Positions 9,324 to 22,755 of a DNA stretch of 32,000 nucleotides are shown here, piece by piece; positions within the stretch are counted from its first letter, which is position 1, and every line of letters begins with the position of its first letter. The DNA comes from Corynebacterium glutamicum ATCC 13032. Its GTDB lineage: Bacteria; Actinomycetota; Actinomycetes; Mycobacteriales; Mycobacteriaceae. The notes under the pieces are model-generated. The model made no database searches, was not told where the DNA came from, and saw nothing but the letters and a program-made list of their open reading frames with translations. The position numbers were made by a program, and so were the translations under genes. The DNA is taken from positions 840,001 through 872,000 of the forward strand of contig NC_003450.3 of the NCBI RefSeq assembly GCF_000011325.1. Reading direction: 5' to 3'.

Positions 9324-10243
9324 TATTGCTGTGCGTCGAGGAAGGCATCGATGTCTTCCAAGACTTTGCTGCCGCCAAGTGGACCGACGCCAGATACCCA
9401 GTAGCTGGTATCGACAAGGGTGAGTGATGGGAACTGTTCGCGGTTTTCTCGGATTACTTCGGGGAGCTCATTTTCATCGGTGACATCAGTTGCGGTGACA
9501 AAGACGTAGTCGGCGGTGGCGAGCATGAAGTTCTCAGGAGCGATGTCGGCCTGGAGGTCATCCTTCCATTCCTGATCAGGAATGGTGAGTCCTGCGCACT
9601 CCAAAGAGCTGCCGGCAAATGAGGTCGGGCCGTATAGGCTCATGGTTTGCTCGTCGCGGGGACGAATCATGTTGACGGTCTTACCTTCGACATCATGCTC
9701 GGACTTGATCTCTTCGCACTTGTCATTAAAGCCTTGGATGAGATCCTCGGATTCCTGCTTCTTGCCCAATGCATCGCCGATGAAGACGACATTGTCTTTC
9801 CACGGATCAACATGGGTTGTCATGAACACGGTTGGGGCGATGGATTCGAGGCGGTCGTAGATTTCGGCGTGGCGGGAATCGGTGCCCAGGATCAGGTCGG
9901 GCTCGAGAGCAGCGATCGCTTCGATATTTGGCTCAGAAACGGTGCCGACAGGCTCGATTCCATCGACGCCGAGATATGCAGGAATACCAGTGACGTTGTT
10001 GGCGACAGCTGCACCCACTGGGGTGATTCCGAGGGCGATTGCGGTGTCTAGCTCAAGTGGCTCGAGGACAACGACGCGCTGAGGATTTTCGGGAACTTCG
10101 GTTGTTCCGTGAGCGTCTGTGAATTCGCGAGTCGCAGAGCTGGTGGATGCTTCCTCTTCTGAGCTGGAGGAACAAGCAGTAAGAGGTAGTGCTGCTGCGA
10201 GAAGCACGATCAGTGCGGAGGAGAGTTTTCTGCGAGATGACAT
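9323..10243 (-). CDS. Fe3+-siderophore ABC transporter substrate-binding lipoprotein
   Basis: Signal peptide with lipobox LPLTAC followed by a Ser-rich linker. The body looks like a cluster A/class III periplasmic binding protein (RVVVLEPLELDTAIALGITPVG, PDLILG). Confidence 0.85.
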   Translation of the reverse strand: MSSRRKLSSALIVLLAAALPLTACSSSSEEEASTSSATREFTDAHGTTEVPENPQRVVVLEPLELDTAIALGITPVGAAVANNVTGIPAYLGVDGIEPVGTVSEPNIEAIAALEPDLILGTDSRHAEIYDRLESIAPTVFMTTHVDPWKDNVVFIGDALGKKQESEDLIQGFNDKCEEIKSEHDVEGKTVNMIRPRDEQTMSLYGPTSFAGSSLECAGLTIPDQEWKDDLQADIAPENFMLATADYVFVTATDVTDENELPEVIRENREQFPSLTLVDTSYWVSGVGPLGGSKVLEDIDAFLDAQQ

Positions 10244-10278
10244 GGGCTGTGAATATCCTGACTTTAGATTGAAAAAGA

Positions 10279-10297
10279 TTAGGCAAACCTTACAGCT
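10279..10297. promoter_or_regulatory. Weak DtxR/IdeR-type iron box candidate upstream of the binding-protein/reductase operon
   Basis: TTAGGCAAACCTTACAGCT versus the consensus I recall, TTAGGTTAGCCTAACCTAA: 11/19 by eye, with a good left half-site. It lies 36-54 nt upstream of the ATG at 10243. Confidence 0.4.
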
Positions 10298-10354
10298 TCG
10301 GTCAGGTGTGTGTAAATAGGGGAAAACTTAGACGTGGGGGTGGGCGTCGGCAAG

Positions 10355-10391
10355 CAAAAAAGACCGGCACAACCGCAAAGGTTGCGCCGGC
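10355..10391 (-). terminator. Rho-independent terminator of the VKOR-family gene
   Basis: The minus strand reads ccggcgcaacc-tttgc-ggttgtgccgg followed by TCTTTTTTG. Confidence 0.65.
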
Positions 10392-10408
10392 CTGAAAGCC
10401 TTAAATGC

Positions 10409-10999
10409 CTAGAACATGTAGCGGAATGACCACACAGCTGCGGCTGCGATGAGCAGCAGCCAGACGATCGCGATGACCCACTTGTATTTGTACAGTGCGT
10501 TGACGAACGTGCTGTCGGAGCCGCTGAAAGTTTTCACATTCCATGCAGTGACCAGCACGAACATGATGATCGATACGGTCCACACGCCCATGCAGTAAGG
10601 GCAGAGCGCGCGGATGACGGACATGGATTGGTAGGCGAGCCAGTGGCAGAACATCATGGCAAAAGTGAGTCCGGCCTGGGCGCCGAACCAGAACCAACCG
10701 CGGAACCCGCCGCCCGCGAGGATGCCGGCGCCGATGATGGCGACAGCGGCGAAACCGGCGATGCCGATGAGCGGATTCGGGATGCCGAACGCGTTAGCTT
10801 GGCCGGAACGCATGACATCGCCACAAGCTAGGACTGCATTGAAATCGCAGCTGGTGATGTGACCGGGATCCTCGAGGATGGCAAGTTTTTCGGCCATGAT
10901 GATCACCGACAAAATGAGGCCGATTATTCCGCCGATCATGAGCACCCAGCCAAGCCAAGTTGGGGCCTTGGGTGGGGCGTTGTGGATTTCGGTAGACAC
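10409..10999 (-). CDS. Vitamin K epoxide reductase (VKOR) family membrane protein (DsbB-like disulfide oxidoreductase)
   Basis: 196 aa and polytopic. It has a loop cysteine pair (CDFNAVLAC) and a CPYC redox motif at the start of a TM helix, which is the standard bacterial VKOR arrangement. Confidence 0.75.
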   Translation of the reverse strand: MSTEIHNAPPKAPTWLGWVLMIGGIIGLILSVIIMAEKLAILEDPGHITSCDFNAVLACGDVMRSGQANAFGIPNPLIGIAGFAAVAIIGAGILAGGGFRGWFWFGAQAGLTFAMMFCHWLAYQSMSVIRALCPYCMGVWTVSIIMFVLVTAWNVKTFSGSDSTFVNALYKYKWVIAIVWLLLIAAAAVWSFRYMF

Positions 11000-11267
11000 G
11001 GGGAGACCTCCGGGTGGGAAAACGTTTGTTGACTGACGATTAATCTTAAGTCTTTTGGCTTGATTTCTTGTGCTGTGCGCCGAAGTTCACAGGCTAGCTA
11101 TACAGAAAGTGCCAAATTAGACAGGTTTTCGCTACAGAAAGCGTAATGCCCTTCATAAATTTATGCAGGGGTGACAGGGTTAGCTAAGACCTGCGCGTAT
11201 GCAACGAAAATATGTGTCTTAAGTCGCAAAGGTTTGGCTTGGTTAACTAGCTGTGTTAACTTTCATC

Positions 11268-11286
11268 TTTAGGTAACCTAACCTCA
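11268..11286. promoter_or_regulatory. DtxR/IdeR-type iron box upstream of the second binding-protein gene
   Basis: TTTAGGTAACCTAACCTCA versus TTAGGTTAGCCTAACCTAA: 14/19 by eye, with a perfect right half-site CCTAACCT. It lies 65-83 nt upstream of the ATG at 11351. Confidence 0.55.
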
Positions 11287-11350
11287 CTAAAACTCTGGGA
11301 ATACTCTGGCAGTTTTGGTGGATTATTTTTATAGACTTTCAAAGGACGAC

Positions 11351-12367
11351 ATGGTGAAAAACCGATTCAAGCTAGTTTCAATCGCAACTGTTGCTGCCCT
11401 GGCGCTCGTTGGCTGCTCTTCCACCGACAGCACCTCTTCCGAGTCTTCTTCCGCTGCAGAGTCAACCGCTGCAGCTAGCACCCTGACTATCGAAGACAAC
11501 CACGGCACCGAAGGGATCTCCCTGCCAATCGAGGGCGTCGCTGCGACCGACAACCGCGCATTCGAACTGCTTGATCGCTGGGGTGTAGAGCTCGTTGCAG
11601 CTCCACTTCAGCTGGTTCCATTTACCGTTACGGGCTACACCGAAGAGGGCGGCGTCGCTAACCTTGGCTCCCACCGCGAGCCAGACCTGGAAGCACTTGC
11701 TGCTGCACAGCCTTCCCTGATCATCAACGGCCAGCGCTTCGCTCAGTACTACGATGACATCATTGCCCTGAACCCTGACGCAACCGTTGTTGAGCTAGAC
11801 CCACGCGATGGCGAGCCACTTGACCAGGAGCTTATCCGCCAGGCTGAAACCCTCGGTGAGATCTTCGGCGAAGAAGAAGATGCTGCAAAGATCGTTGCTG
11901 ATTTCGAGTCCGCACTTGAGCGCGCTAAGACCGCATACGCAGCAATCTCCGACCAGACCGTCATGGCAGTTAACGTTTCCGGCGGAAACATTGGCTACAT
12001 CGCTCCTTCCGTTGGACGCACCTACGGCCCAATCTTCGACCTGGTTGGACTCACCCCAGCACTCGAGGTTGGCAACGCGTCCTCCGACCACGAGGGCGAC
12101 GACATTAACGTCGAAGCAATCGCAGCTGCAAACCCAGACCTGATCCTGGTCATGGACCGCGATGGTGGCACCAGCACCCGCAACGAAGCTGATTACGTTC
12201 CAGCAGAGCAGATCGTCTCCGACAATGAAGCACTGGCAAACGTCAAGGCTGTCACCGACGGATACGTTTACTACGCACCTGCAGATACCTACACCAACGA
12301 AAACATCATCACCTACACCGAGATCCTCAACGGCATGGCAGATATGTTCGAGAAGGCAGCTCAGTAG
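11351..12367 (+). CDS. Fe3+-siderophore ABC transporter substrate-binding lipoprotein
   Basis: Start at ATG 11351 (MVKNRFKLVSIATVAALALVGCSS, lipobox LVGC) preceded by AAGGA. It has a Ser/Thr-rich linker and a siderophore-type periplasmic binding fold (PSLIINGQRF, PDLILVMDRDGG). Confidence 0.85.
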   Translation: MVKNRFKLVSIATVAALALVGCSSTDSTSSESSSAAESTAAASTLTIEDNHGTEGISLPIEGVAATDNRAFELLDRWGVELVAAPLQLVPFTVTGYTEEGGVANLGSHREPDLEALAAAQPSLIINGQRFAQYYDDIIALNPDATVVELDPRDGEPLDQELIRQAETLGEIFGEEEDAAKIVADFESALERAKTAYAAISDQTVMAVNVSGGNIGYIAPSVGRTYGPIFDLVGLTPALEVGNASSDHEGDDINVEAIAAANPDLILVMDRDGGTSTRNEADYVPAEQIVSDNEALANVKAVTDGYVYYAPADTYTNENIITYTEILNGMADMFEKAAQ

Positions 12368-12425
12368 GGGATCGATCCCACACTGACCCCTAAGTAATGC
12401 GCAAAGTTTTATGCGTAAAAATTTC

Positions 12426-12444
12426 TTAGGTTAGGCTCTAATAT
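12426..12444. promoter_or_regulatory. DtxR/IdeR-type iron box in the intergenic region before the permease genes
   Basis: TTAGGTTAGGCTCTAATAT versus TTAGGTTAGCCTAACCTAA: 13/19 by eye, with the first 9 positions perfect. It contains a TAATAT -10-like hexamer. Confidence 0.55.
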
Positions 12445-12445
12445 G

Positions 12446-12480
12446 AAAGGCTGTCTTGTAAAGAACAAGGCAGCCTTTTT
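12446..12480 (+). terminator. Terminator-like hairpin after the binding-protein gene
   Basis: aaaggctgtcttgt-aaaga-acaaggcagccttt, 14 bp with one G.U, followed by TT. It begins 2 nt after the iron box. Confidence 0.55.
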
Positions 12481-12617
12481 ACTTGTCTTAAATAAATATT
12501 TTGAATTGAGAACCAAGACCTCGTTTTGGCCGCAAGTTCTCGTTAGTTAAAAACTGTAGGAAACCAGGTTCCACACATGACACACAATCGGTTTAACAGG
12601 GAAGGGGATCGGCACTG

Positions 12618-13619
12618 ATGGCAACACCAGCATCGGCTCCCACTTCCGAACCACGTCTCAAACGCACCAGAGCCAAGCTTTTTGATTGGAAGCTTCTCAT
12701 CGGCATCATTTTCGTCGCCGGCCTCGTGGTGCTTTCCCTCCTCACCGGCCAATACGACATTTTCGGTGGCGATGATGGCCAACTGATGTTCGAGGCAGTT
12801 CGCATCCCGCGTACCGTTTCCCTCATTTTGTCCGGTGCAGCAATGGCGATGTGTGGCTTAGTCATGCAGCTGTTGACCCAAAACAAATTCGTGGAACCCA
12901 GCACCACAGGAACAACCGAATGGGCAGGTCTTGGCCTCCTCTTCGTGATTTACTTCGTGCCAGCCGCGACCGTTTTGGATCGCATGCTCGGTGCCGTGGT
13001 GTTTTCCTTCATCGGAACCATGGTGTTCTTCCTCTTTCTACGCCGAGTAACACTGCGTTCCTCATTGATCGTCCCGATTATCGGCATCATGCTCGGTGCC
13101 GTGGTGTCATCGATCTCCAGCTTCTTCGCCTTGCAATTCGACATGCTCCAGCAATTGGGAACATGGTTTGCGGGTTCCTTTAATACAGTGTTCCGCGGAC
13201 AGTACGAAGTGCTGTGGATCGTTGTCATCGTCGTTATTGCAGTGTTCTTCTTCGCAGACCGGCTCACCGTAGCTGGCCTTGGCGAGGAAATCGCGACAAA
13301 CGTGGGTCTCAATTACAACCGCATGGTCCTTATCGGAACTGGCCTCATCGCCATCGCAACAGGTGTGGTCACCGTCGTGGTTGGTAGCCTGCCATTCCTC
13401 GGACTCATCGTGCCCAACGTTGTGTCCATGTTCCGTGGCGATGACCTGCGCTCGAACCTGCCATGGGTATGCCTAACCGGCATCGCGATCGTAACCATTT
13501 GTGACTTGATCAGCCGAACCATCATCGCGCCTTTCGAAATTCCAGTTTCAGTAATCCTGGGCATCATCGGCGCAGTGGTCTTCGTGATCATGATTGTGAG
13601 GCAACGTGGCCGTGGATAA
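12618..13619 (+). CDS. Fe3+-siderophore ABC transporter permease (FecCD family)
   Basis: 333 aa and polytopic, with FecCD-type motifs (RIPRTVSLILSGAAMAMCGLVMQ, GSLPFLGLIVPN). Confidence 0.85.
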   Translation: MATPASAPTSEPRLKRTRAKLFDWKLLIGIIFVAGLVVLSLLTGQYDIFGGDDGQLMFEAVRIPRTVSLILSGAAMAMCGLVMQLLTQNKFVEPSTTGTTEWAGLGLLFVIYFVPAATVLDRMLGAVVFSFIGTMVFFLFLRRVTLRSSLIVPIIGIMLGAVVSSISSFFALQFDMLQQLGTWFAGSFNTVFRGQYEVLWIVVIVVIAVFFFADRLTVAGLGEEIATNVGLNYNRMVLIGTGLIAIATGVVTVVVGSLPFLGLIVPNVVSMFRGDDLRSNLPWVCLTGIAIVTICDLISRTIIAPFEIPVSVILGIIGAVVFVIMIVRQRGRG

Positions 13620-14727
13620 AGATATTGAAAACCGCACCTCAGACCTTTCTCGATGGGAAACTATGGAGGAATCAGCAACGGTCGAGGGACGCACCGATGT
13701 CGAACTAGCATCAGCGCCGAGCAAACGACGCACCTCAGGTGCATTCCAAACAGCGCGCGCCAAGCGCCGCTACTGGATCATCATGGCCGCGCTGCTGGTC
13801 ACCGCGCTTGCCTTCACCTGGGGCCTCATTTGGTACAAGAACCCGATGCCCGTTGGGCATCCGGCCTTCGCGCTGATTGCAGAACGACGCATGGAGTCGG
13901 TCTTTGTCATGCTGATTGTTGCGGTTTGCCAAGGCTTTGCGACGGTTGCGTTCCAGACCGTCACCAACAACCGCATTATCACGCCGTCGATCATGGGCTT
14001 TGAATCTCTCTACACACTGATTCATACCTCCACAGTGTTCTTCTTCGGCGCAACTGCACTGCTGGCCACCAGAAATCTCGAAATGTTTGTCGGCCAGCTG
14101 GTGATCATGGTTCTTTTGACCTTGGTCCTCTACACCTGGCTGCTTTCCGGAAAACGCGGCGATATGCACGCCATGCTGCTTGTCGGCATCATCATTGGTG
14201 GCGGACTCGGATCCATCTCCACCTTTATGCAGCGCATTCTGACCCCATCAGAATTCGATATTCTTTCCGCCCGACTTTTCGGATCAGTAAACAACGCGGA
14301 AACCGAATACTTCCCAATTGCTGTTCCACTAGTAGTAGTGGCGTCCGTCTTGTTGCTGCTAAGCTCTCGACGCCTCAACGTTGTAGGGCTTGGCAAAGAT
14401 GCCGCAACCAACCTTGGAATTAATCACCGACGATCCTCCATTTACACACTGGTTCTCGTCTCTGTATTAATGGCAGTATCCACCGCACTTGTCGGACCGA
14501 TGACATTCCTCGGATTCTTGGTCGCGACCTTGGCATATCAATTCGCCGACACTTACGACCACCGATACATCCTTCCGATGTCCGCACTCATCGGATTCGT
14601 CGTACTCAGCGGCGCTTACTTTGTCATGAACCACGTGTTCCGCGCACAAGGCGTCGTGTCCATCATTATTGAGATGGTCGGCGGTACCGTCTTCCTCATC
14701 GTCATCCTCAGAAAGGGCAGACTGTGA
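13606..14727 (+). CDS. Fe3+-siderophore ABC transporter permease (FecCD family), second subunit
   Basis: 373-aa ORF from a GTG overlapping the upstream stop by 14 nt. FecCD-type core (NRIITPSIMGFESL, GPMTFLGFLVA). An N-terminal hydrophilic stretch of about 60 aa makes the start uncertain; ATG 13663 is an alternative. Confidence 0.8.
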   Translation: MAVDKDIENRTSDLSRWETMEESATVEGRTDVELASAPSKRRTSGAFQTARAKRRYWIIMAALLVTALAFTWGLIWYKNPMPVGHPAFALIAERRMESVFVMLIVAVCQGFATVAFQTVTNNRIITPSIMGFESLYTLIHTSTVFFFGATALLATRNLEMFVGQLVIMVLLTLVLYTWLLSGKRGDMHAMLLVGIIIGGGLGSISTFMQRILTPSEFDILSARLFGSVNNAETEYFPIAVPLVVVASVLLLLSSRRLNVVGLGKDAATNLGINHRRSSIYTLVLVSVLMAVSTALVGPMTFLGFLVATLAYQFADTYDHRYILPMSALIGFVVLSGAYFVMNHVFRAQGVVSIIIEMVGGTVFLIVILRKGRL

Positions 14728-15479
14728 TTACGTTAACTAATGTCCGCAAGGAATACTCCAGCGACGTTGCCATCGGCCCCGTCAACCTTGAGATCCCAGC
14801 CGGCGGCATCACCGCGTTGGTCGGCCCAAACGGTGCAGGCAAGTCAACACTGCTCACCATGATCGGTCGACTCCTCGGCATCGATGAAGGCAACATCACC
14901 GTAGCCTCCTACGATGTCACCTCAACCGCATCCAAAGATCTGGCCAAGATCATCTCCATCCTGCGCCAGGAAAACCACTTTGTTACCAAGCTGACCGTGC
15001 GCCAGCTCGTAGGTTTCGGACGCTTCCCATATAGCAAGGGCCGGCTGACGGAAGAAGACGAGGGAATCATCTCCCGCTACATCGACTTCTTCAATCTCAC
15101 CGAACTCGAAGACCGCTACCTCGACCAGCTTTCCGGCGGCCAGCGCCAGCGCGCCTATGTCGCCATGGTGCTGTGCCAAGAGACGGACTACGTGCTTCTC
15201 GACGAACCCCTCAACAATCTTGATATCGCACACTCGGTGGAAATGATGAAACACCTCGAGAATGCTGCAGCCCAATTTGGCCGCACCATCATCGTGGTTC
15301 TTCACGACATCAACTTCGCCGCGCGCTACGCCGATTACATCGTGGCCGTAAAGCACGGAATGATCGAAAAAGAGGGAACACCTGAACAGATCATGAAAAA
15401 CGAGATCCTTTCAGAAATCTTCAATACAGAGATCGAAGTTATTGAAGGACCACACGGCAAGATTGCTTGCTACCACTAA
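14724..15479 (+). CDS. Fe3+-siderophore ABC transporter ATP-binding protein
   Basis: Walker A GPNGAGKST, signature LSGGQRQR, Walker B VLLDEP, H-loop VLHD. GTGA start/stop overlap with the permease gene. Confidence 0.9.
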   Translation: MITLTNVRKEYSSDVAIGPVNLEIPAGGITALVGPNGAGKSTLLTMIGRLLGIDEGNITVASYDVTSTASKDLAKIISILRQENHFVTKLTVRQLVGFGRFPYSKGRLTEEDEGIISRYIDFFNLTELEDRYLDQLSGGQRQRAYVAMVLCQETDYVLLDEPLNNLDIAHSVEMMKHLENAAAQFGRTIIVVLHDINFAARYADYIVAVKHGMIEKEGTPEQIMKNEILSEIFNTEIEVIEGPHGKIACYH

Positions 15480-15491
15480 ATGAAGAGAAAT

Positions 15492-15527
15492 AAGCCGACA
15501 TTTGATGTCGGCTTTTTCTTTTTTCTC
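15492..15527 (+). terminator. Rho-independent terminator of the siderophore ABC operon
   Basis: agccgacat-ttg-atgtcggct followed by TTTTCTTTTTTCT. Confidence 0.7.
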
Positions 15528-15676
15528 GGGCTATTTGAGCTTGAGTCGGGCGGAAAGCGCTTCAACCTGCGGATTTGTAGAAAATCTGGGAGTAACGTAC
15601 ATTTAAACGCACACCAGCAACGTGGCCAAGAGGTTACAAGCTGGTTAAGACATGCAGAATGATTAAAAAAGAAACT

Positions 15677-15705
15677 TTGACTTTTTTAAATCGACTCTGT
15701 AAGGT
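15677..15705 (+). promoter_or_regulatory. Candidate rRNA operon promoter
   Basis: TTGACT (15677-15682), a 17-nt spacer, then TAAGGT (15700-15705). An A-rich UP-like stretch (gattaaaaaagaaac) precedes it. It lies about 410 nt upstream of the 16S rRNA. Confidence 0.4.
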
Positions 15706-16116
15706 CAATCAAGCTGCTAGGGGAGCAAGTACAAACATTGTATCTTGTTTTCAGAGTGTGCGTATGTTGTTTGAGAACTCAATAGTGTGCCATTTATTAT
15801 TTTTGTCACTACCACAACCACTTAGGTTGTGGTGGGTCATGCCGGGTGGTGGATCGCCAATTTTATCCATCACTGTAAACAATAATCTTATTGTTGGCAT
15901 GATTTTGTGGGTCTGCTTGTTCCCCGTCAAGGGACTAGGCCCACGTTGAAGACACGATGATCCTTATGTGGGTTGTGGTGTTTTTTTAGAATCATTATTT
16001 TTTGATAATGCCAGTAACACCCCATTATCTGATCGCACTGTGTGTGGTTGGTGGGGGTGTTGTTGTTTTTGTCAGGTGTTGGGCTTTTCACGGCCTGAAC
16101 AATCTATTTATTGTTT

Positions 16117-17647
<1,531 letters not shown>

Positions 17648-18032
17648 AGCTTTATTAACCCACATCAGACTGTGTCTGGTTGGTGGGTTGTTGGTGTTGG
17701 AACCCGTATGTGGTTGCCATCAACATATTTTTAATCGGGTGGAGATGACCCCTCGGGTGACAACAACACAGCAAACAGTGCTGTGATTAATAGGTGGCAT
17801 GCTGTTGGGTGTCTGGAATGACATCGCAAGCATCACCTTTTGGTGGTGTGTGTGGGTTGTTTCTAACATCGAGCATCGTCAACACGGGTAGAGAATGTTG
17901 TGTTCTTTGGTTGTGGTGGGGGTGGTGTGTTGTGTGAGAACTGTATAGTGGACGCGAGCATCTTTATTTTTTTGTTTTTTGTTGTGTGATACCGAACGCG
18001 CCCGCACTTTGTGTGTGGGTTATAGTATTTTG

Positions 18033-21112
<3,080 letters not shown>

Positions 21113-21223
21113 ATTACGGTTTGGTGTAACGCAACGTAACGAAAACAGAACAATATGTGTTCGCGTCCATTATGCAGTGTCTGACACAGCACAACCAACC
21201 TTTGGTTGGTGTGGTGTGTGGTT

Positions 21224-21343
21224 GTGTCGGTGGTGATAGTAGCAGGGAAACGCCCGGTCCCTTTCCGAACCCGGAAGCTAAGCCTGGTTACGCTGATGGT
21301 ACTGCACTCGGGAGGGTGTGGGAGAGTAGGTTACCGCCGACCA
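21224..21343 (+). rRNA. rrf: 5S ribosomal RNA
   Basis: CCGAACCCGGAAGCTAAGCC and GGGAGAGTAGG conserved blocks. Helix I is gtcggtgg (21226-21233) pairing with ccgccgac (21334-21341). Confidence 0.9.
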
Positions 21344-21365
21344 AAAACTTAAAATAGTATGGATA

Positions 21366-21398
21366 AGCCCAGAAACACTGTGTGTTTCTGGGTTTATT
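21366..21398 (+). terminator. rRNA operon terminator 1
   Basis: cccagaaacac-tgt-gtgtttctggg followed by TTTATT. Confidence 0.7.
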
Positions 21399-21405
21399 CG
21401 TGTTT

Positions 21406-21460
21406 GAGGGGGTGTGGTGGATACACATGGTTGTGTGTTCACCGCACCCTCTCTTTTTTT
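21406..21460 (+). terminator. rRNA operon terminator 2 (tandem)
   Basis: Long hairpin gagggggtgtggtg ... caccgcaccctctc (two G.U pairs) followed by TTTTTTT. Confidence 0.6.
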
Positions 21461-21591
21461 GTGTTTGTGGGGGTCTTGGGCCCCTTGTGCACGCGGCACG
21501 CACGCTGGGGGCAAGCGTCGACAAGCACAAACTTTTTGCTTAATTGAATCCTTTGCGCACCAATCAATGGGGGATCAAATATAGTAGCTGC

Positions 21592-22755
21592 ATGAGTAAT
21601 GACTTCGTCGTTTCTAGGCTTAGACCCTTTGGTGAAACGATTTTTGCAACCATGACCCAGCGAGCTGTTGAGGCGGGTGCAATCAATCTTGGTCAGGGCT
21701 TTCCTGATGAGGATGGTCCTCGTCGGATGTTAGAGATCGCGTCGGAGCAGATTCTCGGGGGAAATAATCAGTATTCGGCGGGGCGTGGGGATGCTTCGTT
21801 GAGGGCAGCTGTGGCTCGTGATCATTTGGAGAGGTTTGATCTGGAGTACAACCCTGATTCGGAGGTGTTGATCACGGTGGGGGCCACTGAGGCGATTACG
21901 GCGACTGTGTTGGGTTTGGTGGAGCCTGGGGATGAAGTGATCGTTTTGGAACCGTATTACGATGCGTATGCGGCGGCTATTGCGTTGGCGGGGGCGACGC
22001 GGGTGGCGGTTCCTTTGCAGGAGGTGGAGAACTCGTGGGATGTGGATGTCGATAAGTTGCATGCGGCGGTGACTAAGAAGACGCGGATGATTATCGTTAA
22101 TTCGCCGCATAATCCGACGGGTTCGGTGTTTTCTAAGAAGGCGTTGAAGCAGTTGGCGGGTGTTGCTCGTGCGTATGACTTGTTGGTGTTGTCAGATGAG
22201 GTGTATGAGCATCTTGTTTTTGATGATCAGAAGCATGTGAGTGTCGCGAAGCTGCCCGGTATGTGGGATCGCACGGTGACGGTGTCGTCGGCGGCGAAAA
22301 CGTTCAATGTGACTGGTTGGAAGACGGGGTGGGCGTTGGCACCGGAGCCGTTGTTGGAGGCGGTGTTGAAGGCGAAGCAGTTTATGTCTTATGTGGGGGC
22401 TACACCTTTTCAGCCGGCTGTGGCGCATGCGATTGAACATGAGCAGAAGTGGGTGTCAAAGATGTCTAAGGGGCTTGAGCTCAAGCGGGATATTTTGCGT
22501 ACTGCGTTAGATAAGGCGGGGCTGAAGACTCATGACAGTATGGGCACGTATTTCATCGTTGCGGATATTGGGGATCGTGATGGTGCGGAGTTCTGTTTTG
22601 AGTTGATTGAGAAGGTTGGGGTGGCGGCGATTCCGGTGCAGGCGTTTGTGGATCATCCGAAGAAGTGGTCGTCGAAGGTTCGTTTTGCGTTTTGCAAAAA
22701 AGAAGAGACGCTCCGCGAAGCTGCGGAGCGTCTCAAGGGGATTAAGAAACTATAG
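21592..22755 (+). CDS. Pyridoxal-phosphate-dependent aminotransferase, class I/II
   Basis: Start at ATG 21592 (MSNDFVVSRLRPFGETIFATMTQ). Motifs INLGQGFPD, NSPHNPTG and the PLP-lysine context SSAAKTFNVTGWKTGW. Substrate specificity cannot be read from the sequence. Confidence 0.85.
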   Translation: MSNDFVVSRLRPFGETIFATMTQRAVEAGAINLGQGFPDEDGPRRMLEIASEQILGGNNQYSAGRGDASLRAAVARDHLERFDLEYNPDSEVLITVGATEAITATVLGLVEPGDEVIVLEPYYDAYAAAIALAGATRVAVPLQEVENSWDVDVDKLHAAVTKKTRMIIVNSPHNPTGSVFSKKALKQLAGVARAYDLLVLSDEVYEHLVFDDQKHVSVAKLPGMWDRTVTVSSAAKTFNVTGWKTGWALAPEPLLEAVLKAKQFMSYVGATPFQPAVAHAIEHEQKWVSKMSKGLELKRDILRTALDKAGLKTHDSMGTYFIVADIGDRDGAEFCFELIEKVGVAAIPVQAFVDHPKKWSSKVRFAFCKKEETLREAAERLKGIKKL

